Origin: a virus | Taxonomy: Duplodnaviria > Caudoviricetes | Virus record (IMG/VR): IMGVR_UViG_3300005805_000320 | Coordinates: 1-30,200 of that record | DNA: 30,200 bases | Reading direction: 5' to 3' (one strand) | In this document: piece after piece, positions 18,152 through 25,851 of the stretch | How the letters are laid out: each line of letters begins with the position of its first letter | Numbering within the stretch: the first letter of the stretch is position 1 | Translations under genes and position numbers: made by a program | Notes under the pieces: generated by a model | The model's database searches: none | Told to the model about the DNA's origin: nothing | Seen by the model: the letters and a program-made list of their open reading frames with translations, nothing else

Positions 18152-18320
18152 TGTTTTCTTCTACCCATTTGTCCAAAAGATATTTTCTTATAAATAAGGG
18201 CATAATTAAAAAATCTTGATACGAAATATTCAACAACTTAGTCAAATAATAAAACTCATCTATTTGTGACTTTCTGTAATTAGAAGAAAGGGCGAAAAAA
18301 GTCCACCCCAAATCCAACAT
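18141..18320 (-). CDS. Tail assembly chaperone C-terminal extension (gpT-like), overlapping ORF in the +1 frame
   Basis: Not in the track (59 aa from ATG 18320): MLDLGWTFFALSSNYRKSQIDEFYYLTKLLNISYQDFLIMPLFIRKYLLDKWVEENKKD. It exactly fills the chaperone-TMP gap; the SYxDFLxMPxxxRxY pattern resembles chaperone extensions. Confidence 0.7.
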   Translation of the reverse strand: MLDLGWTFFALSSNYRKSQIDEFYYLTKLLNISYQDFLIMPLFIRKYLLDKWVEENKKD

Positions 18321-19023
18321 TGACTGTTAGCTTCTCTCCTGATGGGGCTATTACTGTTCTTGTTAAATCTAGTTTAGGTTCATTTTCATCCATGAACTTT
18401 CTTATATACTTGGAATCTGCTATTGGCATTTGTTCAATAAATTTTGCGATTTCTGATTTATCAGTCACTCCATTTATTTCAACTATTTGTTTGTTTAATC
18501 TCCAAGTAACTTTTGGTGCGGTTCTTCCTTGTGGGTATGAATCCGACATTTTCTGAACATCTAATATTTCACCATAACTCATAGGTTTTAACTTGACAGT
18601 AGTTTGAGACTTTGGTAAGGTGGTAATAAATGTCCCATCTTCTGAGGGTTGTTGTCCCTTTATTACGTCCAACTCATCTAACCTAACAGTGCTTTTGAAT
18701 GTTTTTTTTGTAATTGGGTCAGTTAAGTTTAATTCCATTTCAGGTCCAAAAGCGGTATTTCTCAAAAAAATCAAAATTGCTTCGACATCACCTTCCATTA
18801 AATCTTCAACGCGAAGATCCGGTTCATATATTTTAGACCTCAACAAAGTTTGAGTCATGTCGTTTCCACCCGCCATTAAAATATTCTCATCATTAGCAGT
18901 TAGATATCCAACTTTAATTGATTTTTTCTTATTCTTGTAAAAGACTCCTTGTGTGGGTAAAGGAACAACATCGTGTGGTAACGAAAAATTTGTTTGACCG
19001 TGTTCTCTTGCTTGATTATCCAT
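18280..19023 (-). CDS. Tail/baseplate hub assembly chaperone (T4 gp26/gp51-like)
   Basis: VPLPTQGVFY, LTANDENIL, GDVEAILIFLR and a repeated TLPKS...VKLKPM segment, ending in DFFRPFF. Located between tube and TMP. Confidence 0.7.
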   Translation of the reverse strand: MDNQAREHGQTNFSLPHDVVPLPTQGVFYKNKKKSIKVGYLTANDENILMAGGNDMTQTLLRSKIYEPDLRVEDLMEGDVEAILIFLRNTAFGPEMELNLTDPITKKTFKSTVRLDELDVIKGQQPSEDGTFITTLPKSQTTVKLKPMSYGEILDVQKMSDSYPQGRTAPKVTWRLNKQIVEINGVTDKSEIAKFIEQMPIADSKYIRKFMDENEPKLDLTRTVIAPSGEKLTVNVGFGVDFFRPFF

Positions 19024-19025
19024 AT

Positions 19026-19064
19026 AAAAATTTAACCGTAAAGTTTATTGCTTTACGGTTAAAT
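19026..19064 (-). terminator. 14-bp perfect hairpin with U-tract downstream of the tail tube gene
   Basis: ATTTAACCGTAAAG-N7-CTTTACGGTTAAAT (19030-19064); the minus strand continues TTTTATATG into the chaperone start. Confidence 0.65.
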
Positions 19065-19104
19065 ATAAAGGTGATTGATTTTAAATAAATAGTTTATTAA
19101 CAAA

Positions 19105-19593
19105 TTAATAAACAAGTACGCAACGGTCCATTCTAAGTGTTGCATTGATTGTTGCTAATCCATCTTGTGCATAACTTAAAGAGTTAAAGTTTACATCGGT
19201 TAAGAAAGTACCATATAAAATCCACTTTTCTACAACAACACCAGTTGGGTCCAACATTTCGAGGTCAACATCTTTTTTATAACCTGCGGCATAACCCATA
19301 CGACCTGTCACAGATTCAGCATGTAAACGAACCCACTCCATAAGAGCTTGAGCGGCAGACGGTCCAATCGGATCTCTAAACACCGCTGGAATTGTTTGCC
19401 AAGTGAATTTACCCGCAACATAAGTTTCAGTATTCAAGAAAGGAATAGCAACTGGGTTTATAACAATATGTGGTCTTGCTGAAGATTCAACAAACCATTC
19501 ATTTATACCAAGAGATGAAGGAAACCTTAAGATAAAACGATTCTGTCGTTTTGGTTCGTAAGGAATCGGCATTTTCATTAACAAATCAGCCAT
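19105..19593 (-). CDS. Tail tube protein (T4 gp19-like)
   Basis: YEPKRQNRF, YVAGKFTW, EWVRL, YKKDVDLEMLDPTGVVVEKWILYGTF and TLRMDR are typical of the contractile tail tube fold; 162 aa. Confidence 0.9.
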   Translation of the reverse strand: MADLLMKMPIPYEPKRQNRFILRFPSSLGINEWFVESSARPHIVINPVAIPFLNTETYVAGKFTWQTIPAVFRDPIGPSAAQALMEWVRLHAESVTGRMGYAAGYKKDVDLEMLDPTGVVVEKWILYGTFLTDVNFNSLSYAQDGLATINATLRMDRCVLVY

Positions 19594-19627
19594 GAGTTTT
19601 TAAATTTTTTGTTTTTGTTATTTTATT

Positions 19628-19635
19628 GATAAATA
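19628..19635 (-). promoter_or_regulatory. TATTTATC putative late-promoter motif
   Basis: 34 nt upstream of the tube ATG, followed by an A-rich leader. Confidence 0.6.
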
Positions 19636-19686
19636 TATCCTTTCACAAAAATTTTTCTGTTTACTTTTTTTTTGAAAGATATATCC

Positions 19687-20517
19687 TTAATTAACTTCCT
19701 GCTTAACTCCTCCAGCAGTAGAATAAGTCTTTACTATATTATCTGGTTTATTTTTAAAGTGCTTTTGCATTACTTCTATATTTTTCGGATCATCGTCACT
19801 AAATCCTATAGATAAATTTTTTGGATTGAATTTATTTGCAATATCCTTTTTTAAGAAAGCTTTTTTATTCAGGACTGCAGCCATAGCTTTAATGTAATTT
19901 ACAAAATCTTCCATTGCCTCAACCTTTGCTTCTTCGGGATTTACAGCACCTTTGTCATCACCGAATGATACTGGATGATATTTGTTAAGTTCTAAGTATG
20001 ACTTAATTAATTCTTCGTCCGTCATTTCATCCTCACCCACAAAAGACCTATATTTTTTAAGATTTTTAACTAACTCATCTTTGTCAATACCTTTGAATCC
20101 CTCTATAATATAATTATAAATTGCTTCTTTTATAGTGTTTGGGTTATGTCCTCTCGCAGTAATTATCGCAAATATTGAACCATTATTAATAGCTTCTTTG
20201 AAATCATCGAAAGCCGGTCCCGTTTTTGCTCTCATTGCGTCCACCAAAAAGTCTTTATCACCTTCCGTTCTAAAATTTCTAAATGGTGAATCACTATATC
20301 CTACAATTGTATTACCTTTATAACTGAAGGGTTCTTTTCCTATCTGATGTCTGAACTCAGCGAAGTCATCAGTAGACATTCCAAATTCATTACCACTCGC
20401 ATCTTGTACTAAAATTTTAGTCGGCATATGAACTATATTGTCGTCCCAATCGAACGCATAATATTTTAAGTCTGGTGTACCTTCACTTTTAAATCCTTCT
20501 GTAAAAACTTTTTTCAT
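19687..20517 (-). CDS. HAD-superfamily phosphatase-like protein
   Basis: Motif I YYAFDWDDNI, motif II AIITARG, a candidate motif III Lys (EEAK) and motif IV IGFSDDDPKN. Confidence 0.7.
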   Translation of the reverse strand: MKKVFTEGFKSEGTPDLKYYAFDWDDNIVHMPTKILVQDASGNEFGMSTDDFAEFRHQIGKEPFSYKGNTIVGYSDSPFRNFRTEGDKDFLVDAMRAKTGPAFDDFKEAINNGSIFAIITARGHNPNTIKEAIYNYIIEGFKGIDKDELVKNLKKYRSFVGEDEMTDEELIKSYLELNKYHPVSFGDDKGAVNPEEAKVEAMEDFVNYIKAMAAVLNKKAFLKKDIANKFNPKNLSIGFSDDDPKNIEVMQKHFKNKPDNIVKTYSTAGGVKQEVN

Positions 20518-20525
20518 TTGGCTAA

Positions 20526-20546
20526 ATGGGGGGGTTCACCCCCCAT
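20526..20546 (-). terminator. GC-rich hairpin after the sheath stop, with a weak U-tract
   Basis: ATGGGGGG-N5-CCCCCCAT in the sheath-HAD intergenic gap. Confidence 0.5.
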
Positions 20547-20556
20547 ATTTAATTTG

Positions 20557-23500
20557 TTAGATATTTTCGAACGAAGCTCCTGTTGGAGTGATAAAGAATT
20601 CGATATCGATGAATTCTAATGCCTTCGTTGGTTTTAAGTATATCTTACCTGTTAATGTATTTCTATCTAAATCTTCAGGGGTGGAAGAAACGGTTACTCT
20701 GAAGTCATAAAGACCTCTATCTCTTCTAATTGAATCTAAGATAGGGTTAACACTATCCAAGAATTGTTGTCTAACGATTTGGTCGTTTTGTTCAAACAAC
20801 AATCTTACCGCTACTGCTGAAATTAACTTTCTTGCTTGAAGTAACAATCTTCTTACGTTTAATCTGTTAAGTGCGGTATCAGCAACTTGTAAAGTTTTGT
20901 TACCCCAAATTACAGTTCCTACATCAGAGAAAGTTGCGATCGGGTTAATTCTGCCTTGATATAAAGTATCTCTATCTTCTTGGGTCAACTTAACTCTTGC
21001 TTTGATTGAGTTTACAAGACCTCTTGTGTAACCCGCTGAAGCGAACCAAGGGAAAGCGATATTATCTGTCAATGCCAAGTTTCTACAAACTTCACCTGTT
21101 GCAGGTAAGTAGATTTGTGTGTTATTAACCGTATCTCTTGTAAGAATCCAAGGATAGTAAGTTGCGGTATAGTTAGAATCGATACCTGTGTTATCCAAGT
21201 TGTCAACAGCCTCTTGAGGATAAATGATATCCTGTGGATTAGTTGCGTCAGGAGTATACATGTTGTAATCAGGAGTAGTCGCAATGTAAACTGAATCTGC
21301 TCTTGAGAATTGTACCATGTCGATAGCTTCTTCTACAAGGTTTGAATTGTTTACATAATCAATACTTGATGTTGCAAATACGTTGATGTTAGTTGATTCA
21401 GGATTTGCGAATGTCAAGATACCAAGTAAGTAAGCATAGTAGTCGGTGTTTGCAAAATCTTGAGTATTGTTTTGAACTACAATTCTTTTGAATAGACCAT
21501 CACCAGTTGCATTTGGATATCTTGTTGAAGCGGATGCTCCTGCCAAGTAACCTGCAGCTCCCAATTGGAATCTATCTTGGTTAGTTCTAAACTCTCTATA
21601 GATATCCCATCCATCAAATCCACCCGCAAAACATACTGTATATTTTCTTGAATAAATAAAGTAGTAGGGATTTTCTTGAGTCTCAGGATCTTTTGTAAAG
21701 TCAGCAACACCACATTCGAATGCTGTCTGACCACTCGTAAGTGAAGAGTTAGAAATCGTAACAACGGTAGCACCTGAGTCCATGTGGAAACCTTTACTTA
21801 AATAATTCCAAGTTGCACCTTCAACAGGTAATGGAGAATTCACCCAATTATTAGGATTTTGTGCTCCTTTGTACTGTAAGAATGAATCATCAACACCAAA
21901 TTGACTCGAGAAACCTAAATAACTTCTTCTAACGATGTCTCCCGAAGATTCAGTTACCTCACTTGGTGCTCCAAAAGGAGGGTTGTAAATTACTTCACCA
22001 GGAAAATAATATTTTGTTTTGAAAATTGGAACTGGTGAAGGATTTGTTACAGATGAGTATTCTCTTTGATTGTATCCGTAGAAACCACAAGGAATTGCAT
22101 CAACAGGTGCTTCATCAGCCATTTCGATCATTATGTATCTTGAAATTAAAGCGTATTCACCATCAGTTGAACCTATTTTCTTAGCAACGAAGTTGTTGGA
22201 TAATGGGTCCATGTTACAGTTAGTAAATTTCTCTATAACAACTGGGTTCGCGTCAGTGTCGAAGAAATTTCTCACCAAGACATCAAATGTCATGTTATTG
22301 AAAGATAAATTAGAAATTGAAACTTTTACTTCTGTGTTCGCCGAATTACCGTCGGAAATTGAAACGAATTTGAATAAATTGTAAACTTTATTACCTCTCA
22401 ATTCAGAAACTAAAAATGGTGTACTTGGTGCTTTGTATTGTGTAACATTGTAAGCGATTGATGATGGGTCTTGAGTTCTTGCACTTGGTAGAGCAATTAA
22501 ATTACAATTCAATCCACGAATATATCCTTGATTGTAAGCGTATGCCAAAGTACTTGGGTAAATTTCTTCAACATATACAGGAACCTCATTTCTTGATTTA
22601 CCGAAATTATCAACACCCAATACCTTAGTGATATATTTCGAAGACAATGCTGACATCGAGGTTTCAAAAGAGAAATTGTCTCCATCTTTAGTTACACCTG
22701 AAATTAAGAAAGATTCGAACGGAGATTGTGTTACCCCTGAATATTGTTCAGTACAAACTAATTGTAAATCGGTTAATCCACTTACTTCATATATTGGGCC
22801 ATGATTGTCACTTGTTGCACTGTTAGTAAATAAAGATATACCTCTAGAACGTAAAGTTGCAACAACCATGTTGTTGTATTCTGAATAAGCAGTACCTGAA
22901 TAAGTGTATGTGTTACCTGTAATAGTACCACTAAAAGTTGATGACGACCCTGAAGTTAACGAACTCACATTATAGAAAAACGAATATCCTGAATAAGCAT
23001 TTCCTGAGGTAATATCAAAGTTAGCATAAAACCAAGGATCATTCGAGTCTGATGACAAGTCATTAGTCGCTATGTTGACTGTATCACATCCGTACTCATT
23101 GATTACATTTGAATAAGTTGCAGTTAGGGTATAAAAGTCATTCTCTGGAAGAACACCATAAACAACCGAAGTGTTTGCTGACAATGATGGATTATCAATT
23201 ATATTGTTCAAATTACTTGTAAAATCCAATGCCATAGTTGATGTGCTACCATCAGACAATCTGTATTGATTATTGATGTACGCTTGAACTATTGGAGGAA
23301 GTGCCCCACCAACAAACTCAATTGTGTTTCCTGTTGAAGACCCTGTAAAGTCTACCGAAAATGGTACTCCAGTCACAGGACTGAATCCAACTGTTGAAGG
23401 ATCAACGTTCGCTACTACCTTAATACTCCAAGAAGGTCCGGCGTCATAACCTGATAAACCTAATACTCTTGTAACAAAAAGTTGGTTAGATTGTTGTAAA

Positions 23501-23766
23501 TATGATTTTGCGATGTATGATGCTTCATACTTAGGAATTTGTGTGTTTATAAATTTTGTAGGTTCAGTCCCCCCAAAATATGATTGAAACTCATCGTAGT
23601 TTGTGATGAAGATAGGTTCGAAAGCAGGGCCTTTAATTGTTTCTCCCACTAAACCTAACGTAGTCACACCTACACTTTGAGCCACAAATGATAAGTCAGT
23701 TTCAGACGTATATACTCCAGGTGATACGTATACCTTTTGATTTACTTGTGTTGCTTGAAAAAACAT
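20557..23766 (-). CDS. Tail sheath protein (T4 gp18-like) with large insertions
   Basis: N-terminal VSPGVYTSETDLS, LVGETIKGP and VTRVLG; C-terminal YYPW, PWFASAGYTRG, LYQGRINPI, WGNKTLQ, LNVRRLL and IYLKPTKALEFIDIEF. Confidence 0.95.
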   Translation of the reverse strand: MFFQATQVNQKVYVSPGVYTSETDLSFVAQSVGVTTLGLVGETIKGPAFEPIFITNYDEFQSYFGGTEPTKFINTQIPKYEASYIAKSYLQQSNQLFVTRVLGLSGYDAGPSWSIKVVANVDPSTVGFSPVTGVPFSVDFTGSSTGNTIEFVGGALPPIVQAYINNQYRLSDGSTSTMALDFTSNLNNIIDNPSLSANTSVVYGVLPENDFYTLTATYSNVINEYGCDTVNIATNDLSSDSNDPWFYANFDITSGNAYSGYSFFYNVSSLTSGSSSTFSGTITGNTYTYSGTAYSEYNNMVVATLRSRGISLFTNSATSDNHGPIYEVSGLTDLQLVCTEQYSGVTQSPFESFLISGVTKDGDNFSFETSMSALSSKYITKVLGVDNFGKSRNEVPVYVEEIYPSTLAYAYNQGYIRGLNCNLIALPSARTQDPSSIAYNVTQYKAPSTPFLVSELRGNKVYNLFKFVSISDGNSANTEVKVSISNLSFNNMTFDVLVRNFFDTDANPVVIEKFTNCNMDPLSNNFVAKKIGSTDGEYALISRYIMIEMADEAPVDAIPCGFYGYNQREYSSVTNPSPVPIFKTKYYFPGEVIYNPPFGAPSEVTESSGDIVRRSYLGFSSQFGVDDSFLQYKGAQNPNNWVNSPLPVEGATWNYLSKGFHMDSGATVVTISNSSLTSGQTAFECGVADFTKDPETQENPYYFIYSRKYTVCFAGGFDGWDIYREFRTNQDRFQLGAAGYLAGASASTRYPNATGDGLFKRIVVQNNTQDFANTDYYAYLLGILTFANPESTNINVFATSSIDYVNNSNLVEEAIDMVQFSRADSVYIATTPDYNMYTPDATNPQDIIYPQEAVDNLDNTGIDSNYTATYYPWILTRDTVNNTQIYLPATGEVCRNLALTDNIAFPWFASAGYTRGLVNSIKARVKLTQEDRDTLYQGRINPIATFSDVGTVIWGNKTLQVADTALNRLNVRRLLLQARKLISAVAVRLLFEQNDQIVRQQFLDSVNPILDSIRRDRGLYDFRVTVSSTPEDLDRNTLTGKIYLKPTKALEFIDIEFFITPTGASFENI

Positions 23767-23800
23767 AGTTCAAAATTATTGTTAGCAAATTTATTTTAAT

Positions 23801-23808
23801 GATAAATA
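23801..23808 (-). promoter_or_regulatory. TATTTATC putative late-promoter motif
   Basis: 34 nt upstream of the sheath ATG, the same variant and spacing as at the tube gene. Confidence 0.6.
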
Positions 23809-23887
23809 TTCATATCTAACTGAAAAAACTTGACTTTTGAATATCTATTTGTAAGTAGTATGATTTTATTCTACCTTTTTTCTGCCT

Positions 23888-24049
23888 ATGAAAACAACTA
23901 AAGAAATAAAGAATATTAAAATTTCCCCCGAATCCCACGAGATATTAAAAAACTACTGTGAAAAGCGTGGGGTTAAAATCTATAAGTTTTTGGAAAATCT
24001 TATTATAGAAAAGTGTAAAGAGAAGAAAGATATATACGGGGAGGATTAA
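23888..24049 (+). CDS. Small ribbon-helix-helix (CopG/Arc-like) DNA-binding protein
   Basis: Not in the track. 53 aa, MKTTKEIKNIKISPESHEILKNYCEKRGVKIYKFLENLIIEKCKEKKDIYGED, with an alternating beta-strand (KNIKI), helix, G turn and helix. It fills an otherwise empty gap and shares TTAA with the convergent gene's stop. Confidence 0.7.
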   Translation: MKTTKEIKNIKISPESHEILKNYCEKRGVKIYKFLENLIIEKCKEKKDIYGED

Positions 24050-25086
24050 ACCAACTGAGATTCAAACTCAATTTTTGATTCTAAAGTGTTGTCAGTCTTG
24101 ACCACATCTATTCTTAAAATATCATTCGTATTGATTTGAATTAGTGTAACGTCAGTTCCAAAATAGTCTTCATTTATATATACATCAAAACTATCAACAT
24201 TTGTAGTACCAACTAAAGACATATTTGCTCTAAAATCAATGATTTCACTTAAGGTATTATTACCAATGATATACAGAAAATTGGATAAAAAATCATTAGG
24301 ATTTTTTGGAAATTTTGGTCTCCTTCTCTTTAACACGGTATTATCTAATTCCATAATTTGAGCAACTCGAGAAATTGCCGGTTTGACTTCAAATTCTTCT
24401 TCATCAATCAAATAACCCAACATAGTAAAGTCATAAGTCTGAATAAAATATTTTCTTGCATCCATCTGCATTTGTGACTCGTCAGATATATTTTGTAAAA
24501 TAATCGGAACATATTGACCTTTAATAAAAGTGTAGGACTGCCGAGAAGAAAACTTTTGCATCACAATTTTATTGAGTTGATTAAGTTCTCTCATTCTATT
24601 ACATACAATCTTCACACTATAGTTTATATCAACAGGTACTGGTTGAGGTATTGTGTAAATGTCCATACCTTGTTCATTTCCATTCCAAGTTGGTACAGAA
24701 GCATAATAGAATTGTTTTCTGTTAGGTATAGTATATTGTAAAGACGGATTAGTACCGAATTTAACTTCAGGTTGTCTAACAACAGTTATAAATGGAGGTT
24801 CCGGATTGAAATCTAAGTTGGTAAATAAAGCAGTCTCTACATATTGAGACCAATTTTGAGTTGTTATAATAATATCGACCATAGGAATTATTTTCCCCGC
24901 AGTCACAACTTGAAGGTCACCCTTAACAAAATCTAACATACCTCTATCCAAATCAGCGTGTAATACTGACTTAGGTAAATAAGTTCCATCTTTATTTATA
25001 AACTCAAGGAGCTGTTCTCTCCTCGCGGATAAAGTTTTCTTTGGAACTAAAGGTAATGTGGGTTTAACTTGTTTTGGTAAAGGCAT
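24046..25086 (-). CDS. Tail terminator / sheath stabiliser (T4 gp15-like), putative
   Basis: PVPVDINYSVKIV...ELNQLNKIVMQKF and TYDFTMLGYL resemble gp15-family proteins; located between the head-closure and sheath genes. Confidence 0.55.
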   Translation of the reverse strand: MPLPKQVKPTLPLVPKKTLSARREQLLEFINKDGTYLPKSVLHADLDRGMLDFVKGDLQVVTAGKIIPMVDIIITTQNWSQYVETALFTNLDFNPEPPFITVVRQPEVKFGTNPSLQYTIPNRKQFYYASVPTWNGNEQGMDIYTIPQPVPVDINYSVKIVCNRMRELNQLNKIVMQKFSSRQSYTFIKGQYVPIILQNISDESQMQMDARKYFIQTYDFTMLGYLIDEEEFEVKPAISRVAQIMELDNTVLKRRRPKFPKNPNDFLSNFLYIIGNNTLSEIIDFRANMSLVGTTNVDSFDVYINEDYFGTDVTLIQINTNDILRIDVVKTDNTLESKIEFESQLV

Positions 25087-25087
25087 T

Positions 25088-25261
25088 TTATTTTTCGTCT
25101 AAATCTTCAGAGTTATCGTGTCCACATTTATGACACAAGTACGGATCATCACCACCATCAGATAATTCCCATGACCATCCACAATTATCACAAATAATTT
25201 CTCCGTTAGAGACCATTTCTATGATTTTATTTAATTGTGTTTCAGTGATAATATATTTCAT
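25088..25261 (-). CDS. Small Zn-ribbon protein (CxxC-x15-CxxC)
   Basis: Not in the track. 57 aa, MKYIITETQLNKIIEMVSNGEIICDNCGWSWELSDGGDDPYLCHKCGHDNSEDLDEK. TAATG-coupled to the upstream gene and 1 nt from the next ATG. Confidence 0.8.
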   Translation of the reverse strand: MKYIITETQLNKIIEMVSNGEIICDNCGWSWELSDGGDDPYLCHKCGHDNSEDLDEK

Positions 25262-25776
25262 TATATCCCCCTAAATTCGTTTTCACTTACATAAGTGGCA
25301 ATAACAGTTCTATAGAAAGGTTTGTATCCACCATAGGTATGTTTATTATCTGATTTTACATATCCATCATCACTAACAACATAATATCTAACTCGGTCTT
25401 CAGATTCATAGTATCCAAAATAATCCCCCATGAATATTTCAACACCCAAATCATCTAAAGTTTTTTGATAGATACTAAACTTCATATTTCCAGGCTCTTG
25501 TTGCTCAATTTTAGAAGTTCCAATATTTTTATTAGTTGGAGCCATAACTTGAACTAATCCTTTTAATTCAACAGGTGCAAGAAACTGTATCCCATCTTCT
25601 AACACTTCACCATAAACATCATCAGTTTTGGTCTTTCGTCTATCTATACGATAAAGAACTACGGTGAAATTCATGTCACCAATCAACCATTCTTCACCCA
25701 TACCAATATCTAAACTATAATCTTCAGCCCCGAAGAATTTACCTAATCTTGAAATTGGAACTAACTTTTCTCCCAT
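25261..25776 (-). CDS. Head-closure / neck protein (gp14-like), putative
   Basis: VVLYRID...DDVYGE and a beta-rich profile with GDYFGY...YYVV resemble head-closure proteins; located near the neck and terminator genes. Confidence 0.5.
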   Translation of the reverse strand: MGEKLVPISRLGKFFGAEDYSLDIGMGEEWLIGDMNFTVVLYRIDRRKTKTDDVYGEVLEDGIQFLAPVELKGLVQVMAPTNKNIGTSKIEQQEPGNMKFSIYQKTLDDLGVEIFMGDYFGYYESEDRVRYYVVSDDGYVKSDNKHTYGGYKPFYRTVIATYVSENEFRGI

Positions 25777-25799
25777 TATATAATATGATTACCTATATG

Positions 25800-25830
25800 T
25801 TGATAAATACTCAGTTTATAACTATATTTA
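25800..25830. promoter_or_regulatory. Overlapping divergent promoter candidates
   Basis: Plus strand TTGATA (25800)-N17-TATATTTA (25823) faces the helicase; minus strand TATTTATC (25809-25802) lies 25 nt before ATG 25776. Confidence 0.5.
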
Positions 25831-25851
25831 AGGCAAATATTTTTCTTATAG

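Noticed and set aside
18255-18300. Canonical -1 frameshift in the chaperone
   Set aside because: The -1 frame meets TAG about 11 codons after the T run; only the +1/-2 frame is open.
23752-23766. TTT TTT C run just after the sheath start (ATG TTT TTT CAA), the same heptamer as the chaperone slip site
   Set aside because: T runs are common in this AT-rich DNA, and I did not identify a meaningful alternative-frame product.
3084-25776. Bacterial extracellular contractile injection system or tailocin locus
   Set aside because: Neck/head-closure genes and phage-type SSB, recombinase and exonuclease are adjacent, which indicates a complete phage.
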